Positions 10,061-19,155 of a DNA stretch of 64,000 bases are shown piece by piece (within the stretch, counting starts at the first letter, position 1; the number at the start of each line of letters is the position of its first letter). Source of the DNA: an uncultured Gemmatimonadales bacterium (GTDB lineage: Bacteria > Gemmatimonadota > Gemmatimonadetes > Gemmatimonadales > GWC2-71-9). Made by a program: the position numbers and the translations under genes. The notes below the pieces were generated by a model. The model saw only the letters and a program-made list of their open reading frames with translations. It searched no databases and was not told where the DNA came from. The stretch lies in NCBI GenBank assembly GCA_963730185.1, contig CAVSQW010000002.1, forward strand, positions 32,001 through 96,000, given 5' to 3'.

Positions 10061-11161
10061 ATGGCCGAAAACGAAAGCGACGAGGAAAAGAATGAGGAGC
10101 CGACCGCCCGACGGCGGGACGACGCCCGGAAGGAGGGCCGGATCGCCAAGAGCCAGGAGCTCACGGCGGCGGTCCTGCTCCTGGCCGGCACCGCGTTGCT
10201 GGCGTCGTTGGGTGGGGGCTTTGCGGACCACCTGCTCGGTCTCTTCCGGAACGTCCCGGTGATCCTCCAGGCGACCCCGCCGGAGCTGTCGGGCGTGGTG
10301 CGGATCGCCCGAAACCTGATCATCAGCACCGTGCTCGCCATGGCGCCGTTCGGGATCGGCCTGATGGTCGCCGCGGTCGCCATCGGGCTGCTGCAGACCC
10401 GCGGGCTCGCGACCAGCAAGCCGCTGGAGCCCAAGTGGGAGCGGATCAACCCGATGGCCGGGCTCAAGCGGATGCTCGGCGCCAACGCCGCCATCAATCT
10501 GGTCAAGGCGACCCTCAAGCTGGTCCTCCTCGGCTTCATCACCTACTTGGTGCTCAAGCGGGCGCTGCCGCGCTTCGTCGAGCTGGGCGACGCGGCGCCA
10601 CCCGCGATCGTGACGGTGCTCCGCGCGAACGTGCTCCGGCTGGTGGCCACCGTCGGCCTCGCGTTTCTGGGGCTCGGGGTCTTCGACTTCGGGGTGCAGT
10701 TCTTCCGGACCGAGAAGGGCCTCAAGATGTCGCGCCACGAGATCCAGCAGGAGCACAAGGAGCAGGAAGGCGACCCCCAGATCAAGGCCCGGGTCCGCCA
10801 GATCGCCCGGCAGCGGGCCCGCCAGCGGATGCTCGCCGCCGTGACCACCGCCGACGTGGTGATCACCAACCCGACCCACATCGCCGTGGCGCTCAGGTAC
10901 GACACCAAGGTGTCGCCCGCCCCGGTCGTGGTCGCCATGGGCGAGCGGAAGATGGCGGAGCGGATCAAGCGGCTCGCCGCCGGCGCGGGCGTCCCGATGA
11001 TCGAGAACAAGCCGCTGGCCCGGGCGCTGCTCGCGACCTGCACCGTCGGCCTGCCGATTCCGCCCGCCCTCTACGTCGCGGTGGCCGAGATCCTCGCCTT
11101 CGTCTACCGGAAGCGGCGGCAGATGCCGGCCGGGCTGACGCTTGAGGGGAGCCGGGCATGA
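10061..11161 (+). CDS. flhB: Export apparatus protein FlhB
   Basis: EEPTARR, EGDPQIK and the NPTH autocleavage motif. Confidence 0.96.
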   Translation: MAENESDEEKNEEPTARRRDDARKEGRIAKSQELTAAVLLLAGTALLASLGGGFADHLLGLFRNVPVILQATPPELSGVVRIARNLIISTVLAMAPFGIGLMVAAVAIGLLQTRGLATSKPLEPKWERINPMAGLKRMLGANAAINLVKATLKLVLLGFITYLVLKRALPRFVELGDAAPPAIVTVLRANVLRLVATVGLAFLGLGVFDFGVQFFRTEKGLKMSRHEIQQEHKEQEGDPQIKARVRQIARQRARQRMLAAVTTADVVITNPTHIAVALRYDTKVSPAPVVVAMGERKMAERIKRLAAGAGVPMIENKPLARALLATCTVGLPIPPALYVAVAEILAFVYRKRRQMPAGLTLEGSRA

Positions 11162-13335
11162 GCGCGCCACCGGTGATGAGCTCCACCCCGATCCCCACTA
11201 CCCGATCGTCCAGCCTGACCGGATCGAGCGGAGGACACGTGCGCGATCACGGCAGCGGCGCGACCGCCCCGGCCCGGAAGCTGGTGAGCGCGAGCGCCGA
11301 GACCTACCTCGCCATCGGCGTGGTGGTGATCGTGGCGCTCCTGATCCTCCCGCTGCCCCCGCCGGTGCTCGACGCCATGCTGGCATTGAGCATCGGGCTC
11401 TCGATCCTGGTGCTGCTGGTGGCGATCTCGTCCAACGAGCCGCTCGAGTTCTCGGTCTTCCCGAGCCTGCTCCTGCTGGTGACACTGCTTCGCCTCGGCC
11501 TCAACGTGAGCAGCACCCGGCTGATCCTCAGCTCCGGCCGGGCCGGCCGGGTGATCGAGGCGTTCGGCAACTTCGTGGTGGGCGGCAACGTCGTCGTTGG
11601 GCTGGTGATCTTCCTGATCCTGGTCGTCATCAACTTCATGGTGATCACCAAGGGCGCCGGCCGGATCGCCGAAGTCGCGGCCCGGTTTACGCTCGACGCC
11701 ATGCCGGGCCGGCAGATGAGCATCGACGCCGACCTGAGCGCCGGGCTCATCGACGAGTCCGAGGCTCGAGCCCGCCGGGAAGAGATCAGCAAGTACGCCG
11801 ACTTCTACGGTGCCATGGACGGTGCCGCCAAGTTTGTCCGCGGCGACGCCGCGGCCGGCCTGGTGATCACCGGCATCAACTTGCTCGGCGGGTTCGTGAT
11901 CGGGATGACCCAGCAGGGGCTCTCGGCCGCCGACTCGCTCCAGACCTATACCAAGCTCACCGTCGGCGACGGCCTGGTCACCCAGATCCCGGCCCTGATC
12001 GTGAGCACCGCCGCCGGTATGTTGGTGACCTACGGGTCGTCCAACCCGGCCATGGGTCCGACTCTCGGGGCCCAGCTGACCCGGTCGCCGCGGACCATGA
12101 TCACCGCGGGTTCCATCCTCGGGCTCTTCGGGCTCGTGCCCGGACTGCCGACCGTCCCCTTCCTCCTCCTCGCCGGTCTGGCCATCGGGGGCGGGCTGGT
12201 CGGGCGACGGCGGGTGGCACGACGCGACGCGGCCGACGAAGCCGCCCGGGTCGAGGCCTTACCGGGTGAGAAGGCGCCGACCGCTCCGATCAAGGATCTG
12301 CTCGCGGTCGAGCCGCTCGAGCTCGAGATCGGCTATGCCCTGGTGCCGTTGGTCGACGAGGCGCAGCACGGCGACCTGGTCAAGCGGATCTCGCTCACCC
12401 GCCAGAAGCTCGCGATGGAGTTGGGGGTGATCGTGCCGCCGGCCCGGATCCGGGACAACATCCAGCTTCCGGCCACCGAATACGCCATCAAGCTCCGGGG
12501 AGTCCGGGTCGACGGCGGTGAGGTCATGCCGCGCTTCCTGCTGGCCCTCAACACCACCGGGGCCGGCACGCCGCTCGAGGGGATTCAGACCACCGACCCG
12601 AGCTTCGGGATCCCGGCCGTGTGGATCGCGGCCGAGCTCCGCCTCGAGGCCGAGGCGTCCGGCTACGCCGTCGTCGAGCCGGCGACGGTGATCTCCACCC
12701 ATCTGATGGAGACCGTCCGCCAGCACGCGGCGGACCTCCTGACCCGGCAACATACCCGCGAGCTCCTCGACGGCATCAAGGAGAGCCATCCGGCCCTGGT
12801 CGACGACGTGGTGCCCAACAAGCTCTCGCTCGGCACCGTGCACCGGGTCCTCCAGCGGCTCCTCAAGGAGTCGATCCCGATCCGGGACCTGGTCAGCATC
12901 CTCGAGGCCCTGAGCGACGCGGCCGACCAGACCAAGGATCCCGAGACCCTGACCGAGTTCGTCCGGCGAGCGCTGGGGAACGTGATCGTCCAGATCCACG
13001 ACCAGGGCGACGGGACCGTCCGCGGGATTACCGTGGGCCCCCGACTCGAGGCCGCGCTGATGCAGCTGTTCAGCCCCCGGCCGCTCCGGGACGGTGGCCG
13101 CACCATGGACCCCGACGAGCTCACCAACGCGCTCCGCCGGCTCAACGACCTGGCCCACGAGCACCGTCGCGACGGCGGCTGGCCCGCGATCATCACGCCC
13201 CCGACCCTCCGGGTCGGCGTCCGCCGCCTGATCGAGCCGGTGCTGCCCAAGGTTCCCGTTCTCTCGCTCGGAGAGCTGCCCACCCAGGCGCCCATCCTGA
13301 GCCTCGCCACCTGGGAGCTGCCCCGTGCCAATTAG
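11158..13335 (+). CDS. flhA: Export apparatus protein FlhA (start uncertain)
   Basis: RIAEVAARFTLDAMPGRQMSIDADL and FYGAMDGAAKFVRGDA (FHIPEP family). Confidence 0.96.
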   Translation: MSAPPVMSSTPIPTTRSSSLTGSSGGHVRDHGSGATAPARKLVSASAETYLAIGVVVIVALLILPLPPPVLDAMLALSIGLSILVLLVAISSNEPLEFSVFPSLLLLVTLLRLGLNVSSTRLILSSGRAGRVIEAFGNFVVGGNVVVGLVIFLILVVINFMVITKGAGRIAEVAARFTLDAMPGRQMSIDADLSAGLIDESEARARREEISKYADFYGAMDGAAKFVRGDAAAGLVITGINLLGGFVIGMTQQGLSAADSLQTYTKLTVGDGLVTQIPALIVSTAAGMLVTYGSSNPAMGPTLGAQLTRSPRTMITAGSILGLFGLVPGLPTVPFLLLAGLAIGGGLVGRRRVARRDAADEAARVEALPGEKAPTAPIKDLLAVEPLELEIGYALVPLVDEAQHGDLVKRISLTRQKLAMELGVIVPPARIRDNIQLPATEYAIKLRGVRVDGGEVMPRFLLALNTTGAGTPLEGIQTTDPSFGIPAVWIAAELRLEAEASGYAVVEPATVISTHLMETVRQHAADLLTRQHTRELLDGIKESHPALVDDVVPNKLSLGTVHRVLQRLLKESIPIRDLVSILEALSDAADQTKDPETLTEFVRRALGNVIVQIHDQGDGTVRGITVGPRLEAALMQLFSPRPLRDGGRTMDPDELTNALRRLNDLAHEHRRDGGWPAIITPPTLRVGVRRLIEPVLPKVPVLSLGELPTQAPILSLATWELPRAN

Positions 13336-14173
13336 GACCTTCGTCGGCCCGAACTTGTCGACCCTGCTCAAGCAGGCGCAGCGAACCATCGGCGCCGACG
13401 CCGTCATTCTCCACACCCGCCGGGTCAGGACGCCCAAGGGGCCCGCCTTCGAGCTTCTCGCCGCCGATCCCTCGAGCGCCAGCCGGCGGGTCCGGCTCCG
13501 CCCCGAGGGACCGGCCGCCGCGCTCGAGACCATGGTGCCGACCTTCCCGGGGCACGGTCCGCTCGTGATCGGGCTGGTCGGGCCGACCGGGTCGGGCAAG
13601 ACCACGACGCTCGCCAAGCTCGCCACCAATCCCCGGGTGTTCGGCGGGCGCCGGGTCGGGGTGGTGTCGCTCGACACCTACCGGGTGGGCGCCTTGGAGC
13701 AGCTCGGCACCTATGCCGCGATCGGCGGCCTGCCGCTCGAGGTCGCCTACCGGCTCGAGGACGTGACCCGGATCCGGACCCGCTTCCAGGACCGGGATGT
13801 GATCCTGGTGGATACCCCGGGTCGGAGCCCGCGGAACCGGCGCGACCGGCTGGCGGTGGAAGGGCTGCTCGCCGGGTTGGAGCCCACCGAGGTGCACCTG
13901 GTGTTGCCGGCCGCGATCCCGCTCTCCACCGGACGGCGGCTGATCGAGGACGGGCGCCGGATTGGGGTAAGCCATCTGCTGGCCACCAAGGCCGACGAGG
14001 CGGGCGACGAGTCGCACGTCTTCGACCTCGCAGTCGAGTCGGGCTTGCCCATTCGCTGGGAGACGTCGGGCCAGGAGGTCCCCTTCGACCTCGGGTCGCC
14101 CGCCGAATCGCTCGAGGCCGTCCGGCTGGCGCGCTCGGACCAGGCGCTGCTGGTGGGGGAGGACGTGGTATGA
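13325..14173 (+). CDS. flhF: Short FlhF SRP-type GTPase
   Basis: N-terminal IRTFVG...IGADAVILHTR, then GPTGSGKTT, DTYR, DTPGR, TKAD and GQEVP. Confidence 0.88.
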   Translation: MPIRTFVGPNLSTLLKQAQRTIGADAVILHTRRVRTPKGPAFELLAADPSSASRRVRLRPEGPAAALETMVPTFPGHGPLVIGLVGPTGSGKTTTLAKLATNPRVFGGRRVGVVSLDTYRVGALEQLGTYAAIGGLPLEVAYRLEDVTRIRTRFQDRDVILVDTPGRSPRNRRDRLAVEGLLAGLEPTEVHLVLPAAIPLSTGRRLIEDGRRIGVSHLLATKADEAGDESHVFDLAVESGLPIRWETSGQEVPFDLGSPAESLEAVRLARSDQALLVGEDVV

Positions 14174-15021
14174 ACGATCAGGCTCTTCGGCTCCGGCAAC
14201 TCGCCGCCGAGTCGGTCCCGGCGCCCACCGATTTCAACGGTCCCCCGGTGATCGTCATCGGGAGCGGCAAGGGCGGAGTGGGGAAGTCGGTCCTCGCCGT
14301 CCTCACGGCCCAGGCGCTGGGCGAGCGCGGGCTCCGGGTGCTCCTGCTCGACGGCTCCCAGAACCTGGGCCACCTCCAGGTGTTGCTGGGCGTGGCGGTG
14401 CAGGCCCGGCTGGAACAGCTGGCCCGGGGCGAGGCCACCCCGGAGTCGCTGCTCCACCGGGTGACCGAGCGGATCTGGCTGGTCCCCGGCGACTCCGGGG
14501 CCGAGGGGCTCTACGCCCTCCCGGCCGTCGACTCGGCCCGCCTGCATCACCGGCTCTGCAGCCTGTACGACGAATTCGACGCGGTGGTGGTCGACGCCGG
14601 CCCCGGGATCGAAGGCGTGGTCCGCCTGTCGACCATGCGGGGCACCCGCCTGGTGGTCGTGACCATGCCCGAAGCCGCCGCGCTGACCGACGCCTACGCC
14701 CTGATCAAGCTGGTCCACGTGCAGCTGCCCACCCTCCCGATCGACGTGCTCGTGAACCGGGTCATGTCGGAGGAGGAGGCGACCGTGGCCTTCGAGCGTC
14801 TGGCCGGCGCCGCCGAGCGGTTCCTGGCCCGCTCGGTCGGTTCGTTGGGAGCCCTGCCAGAGACGCCGGAGCTTCGGGAGGCGATGCGCCGTCCCGGGGC
14901 CCTTCTGACCGACCTCCACCTGGCCGCGCTCAGGGAGCGGGTGGCCGCCCTCGATCTCCGGATCGGCGGGGCGGAGCGGATGGAGGCCGTCCCGGTGCGA
15001 CCCGAGGAGTCAACGTCATGA
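14170..15021 (+). CDS. flhG: MinD-like ATPase FlhG/FleN
   Basis: MNDQALRLR N-terminus, deviant Walker A SGKGGVGKS, DAGPG and TDAYALIK. Confidence 0.9.
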   Translation: MNDQALRLRQLAAESVPAPTDFNGPPVIVIGSGKGGVGKSVLAVLTAQALGERGLRVLLLDGSQNLGHLQVLLGVAVQARLEQLARGEATPESLLHRVTERIWLVPGDSGAEGLYALPAVDSARLHHRLCSLYDEFDAVVVDAGPGIEGVVRLSTMRGTRLVVVTMPEAAALTDAYALIKLVHVQLPTLPIDVLVNRVMSEEEATVAFERLAGAAERFLARSVGSLGALPETPELREAMRRPGALLTDLHLAALRERVAALDLRIGGAERMEAVPVRPEESTS

Positions 15022-15782
15022 CGTCCGTCACCGATCAACTCTGGGAGCGCTACACCGACACGGGAGACCCCGAGGCTCGGTCCGAGCTCCTGGATCGTTA
15101 CCTGGGCCTGGTGCATCACTGCGCCCGGGACACCGCCAACCGGATCGGCAACGCGGTGGAGTTCGAGGACCTGGTGGGAGCCGGCACGCTCGGCCTGGTG
15201 CAGGCGCTCGAGGGCTTCGACCTCAAGCGCGGCCTGGCCTTCAGTACCTACGCGGTCCGGCGGATCCGGGGTGCCATCCTCGATGAGCTTCGGAGCCGCG
15301 ACTGGCGGCCCAGGAGCGTCCGGGTCAAGGGGCGGCAACTCGCCGCCGTGGTCTCGACGCTCCAGGTGGAGCTCGGCCGGGCGCCCGAGGCGCAGGAGGT
15401 CGCAATCGCGATGGGTGTCGATCTCCCCACCTACTACCGGATGAAGGAAGACGTCGAGGGCGGGGTGATGCTGTCCCTCTCCGGGGCCGTGGCCCGCGGC
15501 GGCGACGACGCCCCCCGGCTGGAGGACACGCTCGCCGACGAGAACAGCGACGCCTCCATAACCCGGGTCGGCCAGGGCGACCGGGTCCGGCGGGTCAAAG
15601 AGGCCATCGCGGGCCTCCCGGCCCGGGAACGGACCGTGCTGGCGCTCTACTACTACGAGGAGCTCAACCTCAAAGAAATCGCCGAGGTGCTCCACGTCAC
15701 GGAGTCGCGGATCAGCCAGATCCGGACCCAGGCGCTCCGCCGCCTGCGGGAATACTCCACCCTCACTGCGGAGGACTTGTGA
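15018..15782 (+). CDS. fliA: RNA polymerase sigma28 FliA/WhiG
   Basis: FSTYAVRRIRGAILDELRSRDW and LYYYEELNLKEIAEVLHVTESRISQ. Confidence 0.95.
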   Translation: MTSVTDQLWERYTDTGDPEARSELLDRYLGLVHHCARDTANRIGNAVEFEDLVGAGTLGLVQALEGFDLKRGLAFSTYAVRRIRGAILDELRSRDWRPRSVRVKGRQLAAVVSTLQVELGRAPEAQEVAIAMGVDLPTYYRMKEDVEGGVMLSLSGAVARGGDDAPRLEDTLADENSDASITRVGQGDRVRRVKEAIAGLPARERTVLALYYYEELNLKEIAEVLHVTESRISQIRTQALRRLREYSTLTAEDL

Positions 15783-16240
15783 ACCGGCGAATCTGGGCGG
15801 CCGTGCTGGCTACGGTCGGGGTGATGGGGACCACATCGGTGCTCCAGCATACCGACGCCTGGCGGACCAACGTCGCCTCGGCCCGGCGCGAGCTCGCCGA
15901 CCGCGGCGGTCCGGCCTGGCGCTGGGCGGTCGGTCATCGGGACGCCATCGGGGTCGGCACGGCCGCGATTGGCGTGCTGCTGCTGGTCGGTCTCCGGCTG
16001 CGCCGCCGGCCGGAACGACGCGGCCATGCCGCCCCGTGGCAGCAGGTGATCGAAATGGCGACCTCCGGCCAGGAGATCGACGAGATCGCGCGGGCCACGC
16101 ACCTGGCCCAGGACGCGGTCCGGATCCTTCTGACCCCGGTTCCCTTGGACCCGGCGCTGCCGCCGGGAAGAACCTTCCGGCATGATCGACCGGTTCCGGT
16201 CCCGAGCCCAGGCCGCCGCAAGCCGGGCCGCCGTCGGTGA
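15779..16240 (+). CDS. Membrane protein with C-terminal HTH-like motif (DUF2802/DUF6115/SwrB-like by position)
   Basis: Two hydrophobic segments, then VIEMATSGQEIDEIARATHLAQDAVRILL. GTGA overlap with fliA. Confidence 0.55.
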   Translation: MNRRIWAAVLATVGVMGTTSVLQHTDAWRTNVASARRELADRGGPAWRWAVGHRDAIGVGTAAIGVLLLVGLRLRRRPERRGHAAPWQQVIEMATSGQEIDEIARATHLAQDAVRILLTPVPLDPALPPGRTFRHDRPVPVPSPGRRKPGRRR

Positions 16241-16289
16241 AGTGATGGTACCGCAAGCGGTTCGGGCCGCTTCCCGAAAACGCGGCGCG

Positions 16290-16305
16290 AGGCATAGGGG
16301 TTGCG
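16290..16305 (+). promoter_or_regulatory. Sigma54 (-24/-12) promoter upstream of flgF
   Basis: AGGCAT-AGGGG-TTGCG with GG-N10-GC spacing. Closely resembles the motif before fliL. Confidence 0.72.
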
Positions 16306-16330
16306 CCTCGCCCCGCTCGGAGGAATGCCG

Positions 16331-17026
16331 ATGTTCACATTGCGTGGAATTCTGACGGCGGCCCGGACGCTCTCGTACTACTCCCGGCTGCAAGAAGTCA
16401 CGACCAACAATCTGGCCAACGTCGACACGGCCGGCTTCAAGGCCGATCGACTGACGGCCCATCGTCCCTCGGATCTCGAGAGCCCGATTCCGGTGGAGTC
16501 GACCGACTTCTCCCAGGGATCGCTCCGGAAGACCGACCGGCCGCTCGACGTGGCCCTGGAAGGGAAGGGGTTCTTCGTGGTGGAGACCCCCAACGGCCAG
16601 CGCCTGACCCGGGGCGGAAGCCTCAAGCTCGACGGCCAGGGGCAGCTGACCGATGACGCCGGCAACCCGGTGCTGGGGGAGAACGGTCCCATCACCCTGA
16701 CCGGCGCCAAGATCGAAATCCGCCCCGACGGGTCCGTCATCGACGACGGCGCCGACGTGGGCCGCCTCAAGGTCGTGGTGCCCGGTGACGGGGCCCAGCT
16801 CCTCAAGGAGTCGAACGGCCGCTACCTGCTCAGCCGGGGGACCGTGGATCCGGCGGACAATACGGCCGTCCGTCAAGGGCAGCTCGAGGAAGCCAACTTC
16901 AGCTCGATTACCGCCATGGTCTCGCTGGTCGAGATCCAGCGAGCCTACCAGGCGAACGTCACCGCCGTCCGGACCATGGACGGGGTGCTGGGCTCGGTCA
17001 CCAACGACGTGGGACGGGTAACGTGA
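16331..17026 (+). CDS. flgF: Basal-body rod protein FlgF (FlgG-like)
   Basis: NNLANVDTAGFK, LDVALEGKGFF, LTRGG and IQRAYQAN. GGAGG RBS at 16319. Confidence 0.88.
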   Translation: MFTLRGILTAARTLSYYSRLQEVTTNNLANVDTAGFKADRLTAHRPSDLESPIPVESTDFSQGSLRKTDRPLDVALEGKGFFVVETPNGQRLTRGGSLKLDGQGQLTDDAGNPVLGENGPITLTGAKIEIRPDGSVIDDGADVGRLKVVVPGDGAQLLKESNGRYLLSRGTVDPADNTAVRQGQLEEANFSSITAMVSLVEIQRAYQANVTAVRTMDGVLGSVTNDVGRVT

Positions 17027-17060
17027 TCGCCGCCGTCCATTCTTTCGAAGGGAGCGCGTG

Positions 17061-17852
17061 ATGGATCCGGCCATGCGGACCTCGGCGAGCGGGATGGTCG
17101 CCCAGCAGCGGATGATCGACGTGATCGCCAACAATCTGGCCAACGTCAACACCACCGCCTTCAAGCGGAGTCGGGCCAGCTTCCAGGACGTGCTCTACGA
17201 GACGCTCCAGGGCGAAGCCGTCGTCAACTACCAGAGCAACGACACCATCGCGCCGGTGCAGGTCGGTCGCGGCGTCCGGGTGGCGGCCGTCAGCCGGTTC
17301 CACCAGCAGGGCTCGCTCCAGCAGACCGACCGGCCGTTCGACCTGGCGATCGCGGGCGACGGGTTCTTCCAGATCCAGCGTCCCGACGGCACGATGGCCT
17401 ACACCCGGGACGGCTCGTTCACCCTCTCGAGCAACGGCGCCCTGGTCACCAGCAACGGTTACCTGGTTCAGCCGGGCGTGACGGTGCCGCCCGACTCGGT
17501 CGAGGTCAACGTCGCGCCCAACGGGATCGTCAGCGTCCGCTCCGGCTCCAACGATGCCCAGCCGGTCGAGATCGGGAAGATCGACCTGGTTCGGTTCGCC
17601 AATCCCACCGGGCTCGAGGCCCTGGGCGAGAACCTCTACCGGGAGACCGTCGCCTCCGGGCAGCCGATCACGGGCCAGGCCCAGGACAACGGCTTCGGCC
17701 GGATCCTCCAGGGCAACCTGGAGTCCAGCAACGTCGAGATCGTGGTCGAGATGACCGACATGATCGCGGCCCAGCGGGCCTACGAGATCAACGCCAAGGC
17801 CATCCGGACCACCGACGAGATGATGCAGAGCACCAATGACCTGGTTCGCTGA
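17061..17852 (+). CDS. flgG: Distal rod protein FlgG
   Basis: IANNLANVNTTAFK, FQDVLYE, YTRDGSF, GENLYRET and AQRAYEINAK. Confidence 0.95.
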   Translation: MDPAMRTSASGMVAQQRMIDVIANNLANVNTTAFKRSRASFQDVLYETLQGEAVVNYQSNDTIAPVQVGRGVRVAAVSRFHQQGSLQQTDRPFDLAIAGDGFFQIQRPDGTMAYTRDGSFTLSSNGALVTSNGYLVQPGVTVPPDSVEVNVAPNGIVSVRSGSNDAQPVEIGKIDLVRFANPTGLEALGENLYRETVASGQPITGQAQDNGFGRILQGNLESSNVEIVVEMTDMIAAQRAYEINAKAIRTTDEMMQSTNDLVR

Positions 17853-18495
17853 GCTGCTGCTGCTCGGGGCCGCCGTCACCGGCGACTCCACCGTCCCCGC
17901 CGGACTCGAGCTTCGGGTCCGCGAGGCCGTGGCCCGGGCCTGGCGGGTGCCGGCGGTCCAGGTGCAGGTGGCATGGGGCCAGGTCGCGGGGCGGGCGGAG
18001 CTCTCCGATTCGTCGGCCTTCCGGCTGGCCGGGCGAGGGCTCGCCGGCCGCTGGGTCGTCGTGGTGACCACCGAGCAAGGCGGCGCCGTGGCCATCGGGG
18101 TCCGGGCCGGCGTGGAGGACAGTGTCTGGTTGGCCGCCCGCCCGCTCCCGCTCGGGAGCACCGTGGGCGAGGGCGACCTGACCCGGGGCACCCGGCTCCG
18201 CTGGGGTCCACCCCCCGCCGACGCCGACTCTCCGATCGGCTGGGAGGTGCGCCGGTCGCTGGCCCAGGGCGACCCGGTGGAGGCGCCGGCGGTGCTCGAG
18301 CCGGCCGTGATTCGCGCCGGCGACCGAGTCCGGTTCGTCTGGCGGCAGGGATCGATCGCGGTGGTCCGGGAGGCGATCGCGGGCAACACCGCGCGACGTG
18401 GGGAAACCGTCTGGGCCCGGGATCCGGAGCGCGGCGACCGATTGGTCGGCACCGCGCTCGGCCGGGGCCTCGTGGATTTGAGAGGAGAGCGATAG
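17836..18495 (+). CDS. flgA: P-ring assembly chaperone FlgA
   Basis: Signal-like N-terminus and SAF/ChapFlgA-like VWLAARPLPLG...VIRAGDRV...GETVWARD. Lies between flgG and flgH. Confidence 0.75.
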   Translation: MTWFAELLLLGAAVTGDSTVPAGLELRVREAVARAWRVPAVQVQVAWGQVAGRAELSDSSAFRLAGRGLAGRWVVVVTTEQGGAVAIGVRAGVEDSVWLAARPLPLGSTVGEGDLTRGTRLRWGPPPADADSPIGWEVRRSLAQGDPVEAPAVLEPAVIRAGDRVRFVWRQGSIAVVREAIAGNTARRGETVWARDPERGDRLVGTALGRGLVDLRGER

Positions 18496-19152
18496 ATGGG
18501 GTGGAGCAACTCGGCGATTCTCGGGATCGCCCTCACGGCCGGCGCCGGCGGGCTCGCGGCTCAGGCCACGCCGAACGGCCAGCGTCCCGACTCCGCTCGG
18601 GCCGCCGCCGACTCGGTGGCGCCGGCCCCGGTGCGAGCCCCGGTGCCGCCGCCGCGGGCGGCCTGGCTCTCCGACCGACTCCCGCTTCGAGTCGGCGATC
18701 TCCTGACCGTCGTGATCGACGAGCAGGCGAACGCCTCCGAGCGGGTATCCAACAACGCCACCGCCAACCGCGCCCTCAACACCGGGCTCGGGCTGAACCT
18801 CGATTCGACCATTCGACTCGGGCCGTCGAAGGCCTTCTCGAGCACCGTCGGGAACTCGTCGACCGAAGGCTCGACCAGCGGCCGGGCCGGCGCCCTGACC
18901 GCCGTCCTCGCGGTCCGGGTCACCGACATCGACGCCAACGGCGTCGCCTCGATCGAAGGGACCAAGAGCGTGACCGTGGACGGGCGCGAGCAGCAGGTGA
19001 AGCTGACCGGCATGGTGCGGGCCGAAGACGTGGCCTCCTCCAACCTGGTTTCCTCGAGCCGGATCGCCAACGCCCAGATCACCTACAAGGGCAAGACGGT
19101 GAAGCCCAAGACCGGCATCCTCGGCAAGATCCTCTCGATCCTCTGGCCCTGA
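18496..19152 (+). CDS. flgH: L-ring protein FlgH (no lipobox Cys)
   Basis: RVGDLLTVVIDE, IEGTK and LTGMVRAEDVASSNLVSSSRIANAQITY. Confidence 0.9.
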   Translation: MGWSNSAILGIALTAGAGGLAAQATPNGQRPDSARAAADSVAPAPVRAPVPPPRAAWLSDRLPLRVGDLLTVVIDEQANASERVSNNATANRALNTGLGLNLDSTIRLGPSKAFSSTVGNSSTEGSTSGRAGALTAVLAVRVTDIDANGVASIEGTKSVTVDGREQQVKLTGMVRAEDVASSNLVSSSRIANAQITYKGKTVKPKTGILGKILSILWP

Positions 19153-19155
19153 TCC

